From Octopus bimaculoides (lineage: Eukaryota), in NCBI RefSeq assembly GCF_001194135.2, contig NC_069003.1:27799022-27863021 (forward strand): 64,000 nt of DNA, given 5' to 3'. This document shows, piece after piece, positions 50,030-61,560 of the stretch; position 1 is the stretch's first letter; every line of letters begins with the position of its first letter. A program made the translations under genes and the position numbers. A model generated the notes under the pieces. The model did not search any database. It was not told where the DNA came from and was given only the letters and a program-made list of their open reading frames with translations.

Positions 50030-52134
50030 GTAAGACTGTTTCTTTCACCTCTGTTGGCCTTACAACTTATTAGAATATACTGGAGAACATATACTTCATG
50101 ACATAAGCAGTTTAATGTTTCATACTCAGACTTTACATTAGTATGTCTTAACCCTTCGGGTGTGTGCAAGGGACAAATGGTGTACTGCATAATGTTACTC
50201 CTAGTCAATGCAAGACTTAGAATGATCAAACTGCCCTAAATTGATACGACTGTCTTCAAAATGGAAAAGGGATATTGGACAATGTGATCCCTGATATCAC
50301 ACAAAACAGATGAGATGGTCATGGCTGAAGTCATGGCTTATGCGATTGAGGGTTCAGTTGGTATGTCAGGTCAGGATATGGGGTATGTAGGAGGGTATCC
50401 ATGGCTATATACTTGGCCTCTCCTTTAAAATGCTTAGCACTTTTGATATTTGCTGGAGCTTCTTTATTCCATCCAAAAGAAGTTTTGTTCCACCTTGCCA
50501 AATTTCTCTGGGAGGCATGTCTTTGTGGATGAGTGTTAGCATAGCTGTGTGGTTTAAGAAGTTTGGTTTTCTACTTCATGGTTTCAGGTTCAGTCCCACA
50601 GTGCTCTACCTTGTATTCCTTGGGTAAGTGTCTTCTACTAAAGTACAGGTTGATTAAAGTCTTGTGAGTTAATCTGGTATGTGGAAACTGGAAGAAGCCC
50701 ATCAGATATGTGTGCATTTCTATACATTTGTGCTTCCATGAAAGTCAATCAAATATGTTATTTCTCCAGTCAACAAACCATCTGCTGACTTTGCACCTTT
50801 TGAAGATGAATATGAGATATGAAGGCATATGGCTCAGCAGTTAGGGTGTCAAACTCACAATCATGAGGCAGTGAGTTCAATTCCTGGACTGGGCTGTATG
50901 TTGTGTTCTTTTGCAAGGCACTTTATGTCACATTGCTCCAGTTCACTCAGCTGTAGAAATGAGTTGGTGCCAATCTGTATCAGCTTTTGCCTTTCCCTTG
51001 GATAACTTCAGTGGCATGGAGAGGGTAGGCAGGTCTTTTATAAACAACTTTGCCCTGACTTGTGGCTCAGTGGGGAACTTTCCAGGTGCAATCCCATGGT
51101 CATTCATCACCGAAGGAAGTCGTTACTTTTTACCTTTTATGAAACATCCTGTTTTTGTAAAACAGTTACAAAAAGGACATTGATCTATAAATATAATACC
51201 TCAGCAATGTATTCATCTAATTCATGCTTACATAGAAAAATAAATGTAAAAATGAACAAATACCTTGGCTGTAAGACTTCACTCATAGGAGTGGTTAATT
51301 TGTGTTGATCCGGGGCTGATCAAGGTTGTTACCTTTTGTTTTATTATTTTTGTACAAACGTATTACTTTTCTTTTTAATGCTGTTTGAACATCAGAATAT
51401 CTGATAAATAAATAAAAAAATGTTTTACTCTTACATATTGTGAATATGTGACACTTGATTAATCATATAACTTTCTCTTATTAACAGCTAATGAGAAAAT
51501 AAAGATTACCCTTTAAAATTTAATTATTTCTGAGGTGTATCGTCCTGTAGATATTTAATAATTCATTATGAAGAGAACAAAACGAGAGAACATCAATGCT
51601 TGATATTAATCTAATTCTAATAAGTGACCAAGTCCTCATTGACTCAGCTAAATCAATATAGGTGATGGTGAAGTTTGTAGTTTAGACCGGAGACAAAATG
51701 GCCGCTGGATCGAGTAGATGTGATACTACAATATTCTGATGTAGGCATTGATTCCACAGTCCTCTGACTCAACAAAAAGCATTTTTCTAGTATGGTAATG
51801 ATTCTGCTAGCTTGTCACCTTCCATCTGATTGATAATGGTGTCAATAAGTCAGTTATTTCGTAGGAGGTGGGTTAGTCGATGACATCAACCCCAGTGTTC
51901 AACTGACTCTTATTTTATCGACCCTGAAAGGCTGAACTCAGAATGTAAAAATGGATGAAATACTACTATGCATTTTGCTTGGCATGCTCAACGACTCTGT
52001 CAGTTCATCACTCTATCATCTGGTTAATGTTATCAGCTGTAACTGGCCTGTCATTTATTTAGGCATTGTCTATACAGGGCTACAATATCCAGTGAGTCCT
52101 TCCTCGTTGAGGGATATAAGTTTTTGCTTTCTAG

Positions 52135-52146
52135 CCGGTAGAATGA
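52135..52146 (+). CDS. Candidate micro-exon (12 nt, phase 1 to 1): (T)GRM
   Basis: TTTTTGCTTTCTAG|CCGGTAGAATGA|GTAAGT. Confidence 0.3.
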   Translation, partial: PVE

Positions 52147-52799
52147 GTAAGTTGTCATTGAGAGGGCCTCACAGATTGTTAGTAGTAGTTTTATGAATAG
52201 GAATGCTGAGCTGACGTGATTATGCAGAGAATAATTGCTGCAAATTGGATGTGATGTGTTCTGATGTGATTATAGATTTTTAACCTCAGCTTTAGAAAAT
52301 TGTTCTGTAGTTTGAACAATTTGAAGAGAACTCTGCTTAAACAAAGAACTGGATTATATAGAGATTTGCAGCACTGTCCAACCTACATGCAGCACTGTCC
52401 AACCTACACTAACATAAAAATTTTAATGATGCTGATGAATAGCAAATAATTAATTAAATGAGAATTTATATTACTGTTCAAGTAACTGGTAATTAGTAGC
52501 TGTTTTGAGATAATAAATTTTAGCATCTTGAACCATTATCTCCTCATGTATCTCCTGAAAAGAAAATATGTCTTGGTTGTGTTTCGATATTGTTACTTTA
52601 TGTTAATGAATATTTTGCATTTCTAACTTCCTAGAAATTCTCTTGTCACTTGTCTGAGTACAAAAGACAAATGAGCATGTAACCATGGATACAGACATAG
52701 CTGTGTAGTTAAGCTTTGCTTCACAAATGTTGTATGACTCCAAAGGGAGTTCCACCGCTCAACACTTTGAAGCAAGTGTCTTCTAGTTTTCTGTCATAG

Positions 52800-53100
52800 T
52801 CTTATGAGTGAAATGTTATCATCGTCATTGTCATTGTGCTCATCATCATCGTCCTCCTCATCATCCTCATCTTCATCATCCTCATCTTCATCATCTTCAT
52901 CATTGTCATCATCACTGTCATCATCACTGTCATCATCATCGTCCTCATCATTCTCAACATCGTTTTCATCATTGTCATCATTGGTGTTGTCATCATTGGT
53001 GTTGTCATCATTGGTGTTGTCATCATTGTTGTTGTCATCATTGTTGTTATCCTCATGCTAGCAAGGAAAACAGACATCAAATGATGATGATGATGATATA
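52800..53100. repeat. (CAT)n-derived compound trinucleotide tract with 18-bp sub-repeats
   Basis: TTGTCATCATTGGTGTTG units; source of the His/Ser/Ile-rich ORFs. Confidence 0.95.
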
Positions 53101-53295
53101 TCTGTTTATAATGCGTGTGCATGCTTGTGTCTACTTGTCTCGACATTGCATGATTGAGGTAAATAAGTGTCAATTCCAGTATTCTGCAAAAATATGTCTA
53201 GCCATGGGAAAATATTACCTTGCTCAGAAACGAGTAATGGTTGGCAGCACAAAAGGCATTAGACTACAGAACATTTGTCTTACTGAACTCCATCC

Positions 53296-53464
53296 AACCC
53301 TAGATTCCTAATTCTATTATACAGGACTTGGCACACCAAACCACTTGGCTGTAGAAACATGGAAAAGTGGATGTTAAAAAGAAATGATGATGATAAACAA
53401 ATGTTACACAGCCAAGTGGCTTGGTGTGCAAAGTCCAGTATAATAGAATTAGGAATCTAGGGTT
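53296..53464. repeat. Local inverted duplication, ~57-bp arms
   Basis: AACCCTAGATTCCTAATTCTATTATAC...CACTTGGCTGT vs ACAGCCAAGTG...GTATAATAGAATTAGGAATCTAGGGTT. Confidence 0.9.
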
Positions 53465-55318
53465 TATTAAACATAACGTTGAATTAAATTATTAACTTTA
53501 CAGAAGGAGAAAGAATGTTAGGGAGGTGTACAATGAAAGCATTTCTTTAGGATAAAAGCATTATTGTTCACAATCCATTAGTAGTGCAAGCGAGAGAGAA
53601 ATAGTTGTAAGCTTAATTTGAATTTTACGTGTGAAAATGTTATTCAGAGCAATCAAACTGTTTTTGTATCCCTGTAAATATAACAAATGCAGTCTCTTGC
53701 CTTACAATTCTGACTACAGCTATATGTAAGCATCTGTCAGTCATTAACAGATGTTCTAATTCTAGCCATTTCCAATTATATGTTTGGTATACATTCTCTT
53801 GCATACATGTCTGGACATCCATCTGTCATCCAAGTGTATTTGCTGTTGCTGTCATACAGTTTAGAGATTCACAAAGGTTATTCTTGTATTATTTTACTTG
53901 TTTGTCATTTAACGGCAGCCATGCTGGAGCACTCTCTTAAAGGGTGTTTATTTAAAGAAATCAACCCCAGTACTTATTCTTTGTAAAAAAAATACAAAAT
54001 GGGACAAGAACACAAAACATCCAGACAGTTAGGTGATACAAGAAAGGGACAACAAAACATCCGGATAGACGATGGAATTTCGGCTAGTTATACTCGAGAT
54101 TGATCCAATCTGGCCAGCCCCAAGGAAAAACTAAGCTAAGAGCATTAGATTCCTTGGAAGAAAGCAATGAACGTATATGAAAACAAGGATGGAAAAAAAT
54201 GGAGAAAGTTACACAAATACAAATAGCATGACATAACAGCAGGTGTCTTTTGACTAAGGACGAATTAGATTAAGCTGGCATGTGTGGAAGTAAAGCCGTA
54301 CGGCAGGGATATAAGATTTCACAGGTACAGGGAAGAATATAGATGTTGCATGGACAGAGGCCTAACCAAGAAAGTAAGGTCAGGCTTGGCCGAACACCGG
54401 TCACATGGGGAGAGAAGAGAGAGAGGTAGAGGCAGAGGGACAGAAGAACTAAGGAGGGGTGAGAAAAAATGACAGGGACAGTGAAGTGAAAAGAGGAAGG
54501 AAAGTGAGCAAGAAGAGAAGGCAGGGAAATGTGAGAGGGGGGGGACAAAAGAACGAAGAGTGGAGTGTAAACACACAATGGGCTTCTTTCACTTTCCGCC
54601 TACCAAATCCACTCATAAGGCTTTAGTTGGCCTGAGGCTATAGTAGAAGACACTTCCCTCTAGGTGTCATGCAGTTAAGCTGAACCCAGAACCATGTGGC
54701 TGAGAGGCTAGCTTCTTACCACACAGTTACGCCTGCATCTGTTGGTTAAATTTTTTGTATATATTGTTATTGAGAAAATTTGTAAAGTTAATTCAATCAT
54801 CGTTTTCCATTGGTCAGGTTTTTTTCCAGTTTCTTTGTTGTTATGTCATTTGCTGACATCATTGTTTTTATATCCAATCAAATGTTATGTTCATATCTCC
54901 TGAATCATGTATTTCCTGCTGTCTGTCTGTCTGTTTGTCTCTCTCTCTCTGTCTCTCTCTCTCTGTCTCTCTCTCTCTGTCTCTCTCTCTCTATCTATCT
55001 ACCTCTGTGTGTCTCTGTCTGTCTGTCTCTCTCAAACACATGCACACATTATTTGAAGTCTGCCTATCATTTTGAATCACAAAGTAAACTCATTTGTTTC
55101 AGTTTATCATGTCATTGATTAATCCTATAATCACCATTTATACATACCCAGTGACAATTTATATATATGCTCCCACCATTTTATTACACATACACACACA
55201 CATTTCTAAACATATACACACACATAGCCACCATTTCTGTATGCACACACAACCATCATTTCTACACAGATATATATATACACATAACCACAGATTCCAT
55301 ACAAACAGAGCCACCTTT

Positions 55319-55352
<34 letters not shown>

Positions 55353-56493
55353 TGTGTGTACACAGCTACCCATCAGTTCTACACACACACACACACACTA
55401 CTCATCCTTCATGCATGCTACTATTTCTACACACACAGCACCATTTTGTTGATAACAAGAGAAATTATAAGTATTCCCCCATACTTTATCAATTTAAACT
55501 AGTACAGTATAAAACATGTATATTAAATATGATAAAGTCTTCTTGTACCAACATCTTCAGTGATTGCCTATATTAACACTGATTAAATAACTGAACTTAT
55601 CTCCATCTTCAAGTAATGTACATCCTTTGTAGTTGAGTGTATTATATTAATATAATCAATGATCTACATTGAATGTCTGTCTGATAGGGCACCTCACCTC
55701 TTATACGCTCACTATCTACTTACTGTGTATAGAAACACAATAGTATTTCTATAAACTTCTTGTCTTTCAGTTTGAAGTTCAGATATGGAATTCTCCTCGT
55801 CTCTGCTCTTTTCTCTTTTCATTCTCTCTATTCTTATGTCTAACAGCTTTCCCATCTGTCTGTTTGTCTCTTGTTTTCCCATCCTCTTTACATCTTATAT
55901 AACTGTTCTTGAAGCTGAAGCCAGATAACCAAGTCATTCTAGTATTTTGCTAAACAAATATATTTGTATTCTTATTTGTGTGCTACATAGATATTTTGTA
56001 TTTACATTGTATTTACTTACTGGTTTATACTGGTCAATTTTTGGATGTTTTGCTCCATACGTATTCTTTAAATAATTTCTTTTAGTTCATTTTTAGATTA
56101 TAGACATCAGAGCTATAGTTTTGAAAAATCATTATTTGCACTGTGTACAGTGAGATCTGAAATAATGATTTGCAATTTATTCTTTATGTGTTTCAACTAG
56201 TTGCTGTTAAGTACATTACTGGAGGACAACTGCTCCCTTTCATGATGACTGTGTTCATAACACATTTAGCTTATTAACCCAAGGGATTCTAGGACACCAG
56301 TGTTTTGACATATTGTACATCATAAGCCAGAAACACTGAGACCTTTGAGCCAAAACAAGCCACTGTCTTTGTTTATAGTTTCAGTGAACAAAATTGTCTG
56401 CCACCGGATAAAAAAAATCATCGTTGGCTCTGTACAGTGAGAGCTGAAATGATAATTTACATATTTATCTTTATTTCATTCTGACAATAGGTG

Positions 56494-57397
56494 TATTAAG
56501 TTGTTCGGAAAATAATAGCTGATTTTAGAAATAAGCCTATATTCTTGAAAAACTGAACTTTATACAAATTTTAATTATTCAAAATATGATTCCTGAACAG
56601 TTAAGCATTTTCCCCTTCAATTAACAAGGTTGTATATGCCTCTTCGATAAAAATACAAAGTTTTTGATGCCAAGAAATTCCTTGAGTTCAGTTTCGACCT
56701 TGGTTTTGGAACAGAAGATTTTTGCCTAAAAAAAAAAAAAGTGTCCAGATGCTTAAAAAAGTAGTAGTCGGTGGGTGAAAGATCAGGAGAATATAGATGT
56801 GGTAAAGTCTTGTATCCCTGGTCTGTGAGCTTCTGCAGCGTCATCCTGGAAAGTGCAGTCGAGTCTTGTCATGAAGCAGAATTGGACCACATCGATTGAC
56901 AAGTACAGGTCTCATTTTGCTCAAGTGAACAGGCATTTCTTCCAGTTGCTTATAATAAACCTCAGAAGCTGTATTGTTTGCAAATGCTGATCATCAAGTG
57001 CAGATGGACGTCCTCTACCCTTTTGATCTTCAAGGCTCTCATCCTCACTACAGAATCTCTCAAACCACCATTTTACTGTCCAATCACTAGTGGATCCTTC
57101 ACACCCATGCTCTGTTGATATTGGCGGCTGTTGGCTGTTTGGAAAGCATTATGTCCAAGCTTGAATTCATGCAAAAAAAAGTAAACGCATTTTTTCTTTT
57201 TTCATGTTTGAAATTGAGGATTTCTATGCTTTAAAATCATATTCTGAAAGAAATCAATAAAAATTTATTAAAAAATACACATCAATTATTAAGCATGTAA
57301 AATTTCGTCTAAAACATTACAAAAATGAGATCTTTCATCAAATTTGAAAAAAAATGGTTTCAAAAAATCGGATGGTATTTTTTGAGCAAACCTAATA
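56494..57397 (-). mobile_element. Degenerate mariner (DD34D-type) transposon
   Basis: GYKTLPHLYSPDLSPTDYYFFKHL...FYRRGI motif; diverged TIRs TATTAAGTTGTTCGGAAAA / TTTTTGAGCAAACCTAATA. Confidence 0.85.
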
Positions 57398-58298
57398 TTT
57401 CAGAAATATCTTACAAGTTCAGTGTTGCCTTACTGGTTATTGTTCCTTTACATTAAATATGCATCTATTAGTTACAATGAGTTCATCATTTGAAATTTTC
57501 ACCTATTCTTTTTCTGCAAATGAGCAACCTTTTTAACTGATGATATCAAGATTCAGTCTTCTTTCCTACTTACTAAAAACTTTTGGTCTTTGTTAAGATT
57601 ATTTTGCAGTCTCTCAATACTAGGTTTTACTTCCATTTTTGGAATAACTATATGTGCATCGACCCCCTCCCCCTACACACAAATATGTGTGCACAAAGTA
57701 CTATTTTCCATTGCAACATAATGCTGCTGAAAGAATATACAAGGCCAACAGTAGGAAAGACCATCCTGGGTTAGTGCTTCTGCGATTGAATGCATACTTA
57801 TGAATACAGGAAATATAGAAGGAACATTCCTATCAAAACTTCTGACATGTACAAATGTCACACGTCTGAAATATGTATTTATGTCAGAGAAGGAAAATCA
57901 TAAACAGTCATAAAGATCAACTAGCCTCTGCAAATACGGATTTGCTTACAAAATCGAAAAGGAGAATATCTATTGTGGCTGTGAGGTTAAGAAGTTTGCT
58001 TCCCAACTATACGGTCCTGGGTTCAGTCCCATTGCGTGACACCTTGGGCAAATGACTTCTACTATAGCCCTGGGCTGACCAAAGCTTTGCAAAAGGATTT
58101 GATTGATGGAAACTGAAAGAAGCCTGTTTGTGTGTGTATCTTTGTTCCCCACCATTGCTTGACAACTGGTGTTGATTTATTTGTCTCTGTAACTTAGCAG
58201 TTCAGCATAAGAGACAGGTAGAATTAGTACCAAGCTTAAAAAATTAACTTCGTGGAGTCAATTCAATTACGTAAAACCCTTCAAGGCAGTGCCCTAGC

Positions 58299-58594
58299 AT
58301 TATGCCAATATAGTTAACATACACACACTGGTTCAGTTCCACTCATTTATTATTAGTCAATTGGTTAAATATCTGATTGCTCTGTTTTTGTTTGTCAAAG
58401 TTCTTTCATTGTTTCTTGCAACCTTTTCAATGACTATGGACTTAGTCTGTTATCATTGAAAAGACTGCAAGAAGCAACAAAAGAGCTTTGACAAACAAAA
58501 CCAAAACAATTGGATATTTAACCAGTTAACTAATAAAAAACCAATGTGTGTGTATGTGTGTGTGTTAATTATATTGGTGTAATGGCTCTTCCCA
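58299..58594. mobile_element. Longer, older member of the foldback MITE family (~290 bp)
   Basis: Imperfect palindrome centred near 58435; termini resemble 29441-29621 (ATTATGCC...CACACACTGGTTCAGT). Confidence 0.75.
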
Positions 58595-58938
58595 GAAACA
58601 ACAAAATCTTTATATGTTTATATTATTGCCAATTTTTATTGGTATATTTGGCTATGCTTGTAAATGTTTCAGTGACAAACTTCAAGATGCTAGGATTTTC
58701 AGGCAAAGAAAGTGATTAGTAAAACACATTTTATAAATGCTGTGAATGGAACAGTAAAAATATGTAAAAGCTTTTCTAAAGCTCAGCAAGTTAACATCTA
58801 TCATCTATGCTATCCAAATTCTAGTCATGAAGTTTTGCTTCTTTGTCAGAAACCAGCCACTTCTTTGAAGAAATAATTCAGCTAATTAAAAAAGAAAGAC
58901 CATAAATTCAAGAATAACACTGTTTCACACTTTTACAG

Positions 58939-58992
58939 GAAAGGGAAGAGTATGTTTCTAAGAAATAAAGGCACTTTTCACTATAAGAACAG
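58939..58992 (+). CDS. Candidate internal exon (54 nt, phase 2 to 2): KGKSMFLRNKGTFHYKN
   Basis: ACTGTTTCACACTTTTACAG|...AACAG|GTACGT; only one open frame. Confidence 0.5.
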
Positions 58993-60570
58993 GTACGTTT
59001 GTGCAAAACCTGTGAAAAGCTATCATCAATTATTTACATATAATCGGCACACATGCAAAATTCTGTTCTCTTTTGTTTCAAATGTAATTTCCAATTCTTC
59101 CAATAAAATTCTGGTTTCTGTTTCCACATTAAGCATTTGTTCATTTACACATTTTGTTAGATTCTTCACTAAAATATTTAACTCTCAAACAGAAGCTGTA
59201 ATTAGAATTCCATTTCTATTTGCATTTATTCTGCTTCTCTTCCACAAGGTGTTGGGTATTGTTTAGCTCCCGGTCAACTCTGTTTGAACTAATCTCTAAT
59301 CATAGGCGTTCTAACTATGACCATCACAATTTAATTTTTTTTTTTTTGTGGCAAGAAGCTTGCTTCCCAACCACATGGTTCTGGGCTCAGTCCCACTGCA
59401 TGGCACCATAGGCAAGTATCTGAGGCAACAGTAGACTATTGCCTCAAGCCAATCAAAGCCTTGTGAGTGGATTTGGTACATGAAAACTGAAAGAAGCCTG
59501 CTGTGTATATGTGTGTATGTCTCTTTGTATCTGTGTTTGTCCCCCTCCCACTGCTTGAAAGATGATGTTGGTGTGTTTGCATTCCTGTAACTTAGCAGTT
59601 CAGCAAAAGATACCAATAGAATAAGTACCAGGCTTAAAACGTCAAGGTGGTGCCCCAGCATGGCTGCAATCCAATGACTGAAACAAGTAAAAGAGTAAAA
59701 CCAAGAATCTATATCTAGAACTACATTGTCCAATGCATCTGTTTTATCAAAGAATGTAAGATGCAAGCATGGTTGTGTGGTTAAGATGCTATCTTTGCAA
59801 CCATGTGGTTCTGGGTTCAGTCCCATCATGTGTCACTTTCAGAGGAAGGGGGAAAGTCAATTACATTGCCCCCAGAGATCAACTGGTACTTATTTTATCA
59901 ACCCCAAAAGGATGAAAGGCAAGGTCAACTTTGGCAGAATTTGAACACAGAATGTAAAGATAAAGGAAATGCCACTAAGCATTTTTTCCCAGCATGCTTA
60001 CGATTCTGCCAGCTCTCCATCTTATTAAGTAACTTATCTTAGATTTCTGTTTTGGTCCTATTGAGTATTAGAGATTTTGTTGGTGTGTGGGTTAAAATTT
60101 GAATGTAAAATTTGCTTATAAGCAAGGTGTACCTCACCTTTGTATGAAGATTCCTTTGTTGGTTCATCAAAGTAGGGTCATAGGTGAAGGTGTTATTGTA
60201 ATTATTTCAGAAGCATTTTTGACCTTATTCTATCCTATTTTAGCCTTCTCAAACTGATGGAAACCTGTTTCTTTGGAAACCCAAACTATGGATTAATTAA
60301 CTGTTAAGATAGTGTTAACATATTTCATGTAATGAGCATGGAGCATCAGAAGGTTAATTAAAGATAATTAAGCTGTGAGGAAAAATTATTTCACTAAGTA
60401 TGAGATGATGATAATAATAATAATAATAATAATAATGTACTTACTGTGTACAGTGTATAATAAATTTTCAGGAAAGGTTGAAAGCAGGACAGAAAGCAGC
60501 AGTAAATCACGGAGAGTAAAATAGCAATGGTCATCAAAAACACATGCAATAGTTAGTACTCAGGATAAAG

Positions 60571-60786
60571 GTGGCAAACTGGTAGAAACATTAGCATGCC
60601 GGACAAAATGCTTAGCAGTATTTCGTCTGTCTTTACATTCTGAGTTCAAATTCCACCAAGGTCGCCTTTGCCTTTCATCCTTTTGAAGTCAATAAATTAA
60701 GTACCAGTTGCATACTGGGGTCAATCTAATTGACTGACCTCCCCTTCCCAAAAATTTCGGGCCTTGTGCCGAGAGTAGAAAAGAAT
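60571..60786 (+). mobile_element. Family-B SINE with 16-bp TSD
   Basis: TAGTACTCAGGATAAA on both sides. Confidence 0.9.
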
Positions 60787-60849
60787 AGTACTCAGGATAA
60801 AACTCTAAATGACAGAAGAGTGAACACTGGAGGAGTCGTAAAAAGGAAT

Positions 60850-61560
60850 AGGTACACATAGGCATACAAGGAACAGTGTTGCATTTTGCTCAGGTCAGTT
60901 TTCAAGAAAAAGTTTGTGCATATAGGATCTTTTCATCTCAAGGTACATCTTGCTGCTGCCTGCATATTTTAAACACAGTAACATGCTTCAAGTCTGTATC
61001 TGTTTAATGTATGCAACAAACATCAGGATGCCAAGAACAGATCCCTGTGAGACACCAGATGTCATTGCATAGGGCGTAGGCAGTTGTTATCGTGCAGCTC
61101 AAGCATCTTTTTAACTATGAATGAAGGGCTTTAACTGGTTATAAAGATTAACATTCATGCCCTTTGCAGACAGCTTTGTCATAAGTCATTTTGTGTGGTG
61201 TAGAATTAAATAGATGGGTCCAGTAAAGATAGATAATATCAACCTATGACCTCACCATCTGTGATTTTGGTGATGTCTTCTTGAGCACATTTCAGTCTTA
61301 TTAGACCTTTTCAATGAAACAGACTTCTTTATACTAGCTGAAATTGACAAGAGAATCAATAAATGGATGTGCAATAGTATATATAAATAGGTGTGAGAAG
61401 CAAGTCTACTGGTGGTTTTTCTTGAATGAACAAGATATAAGCCAACAAGGGTGCCTTTGTATGGATGATTTTACTACTAGAAATAGCAGTCATGTTTATC
61501 TGTACATTACACCCTGTTGTCTCAAAAACAGAGAATATATTGAATAATGTAACCTTAGGT
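60850..61560 (-). mobile_element. CR1/L2-type LINE reverse transcriptase remnant
   Basis: SGVSQGSVLGILMFVAYIK at ~60997-61059 matches the GVPQGSVLGP motif; boundaries approximate. Confidence 0.7.

Noticed and set aside
51662-51713. CpG-containing segment GDGEVCSLDRRQNGRWI as a + exon
   Set aside because: Poor polypyrimidine tract and weak donor; creates a stop if joined to 52135. It contains a YY1-like AAAATGGCCGC and may be regulatory, but this is unsupported
52367-52408. 21-bp perfect tandem duplication
   Set aside because: Two copies only; ordinary slippage
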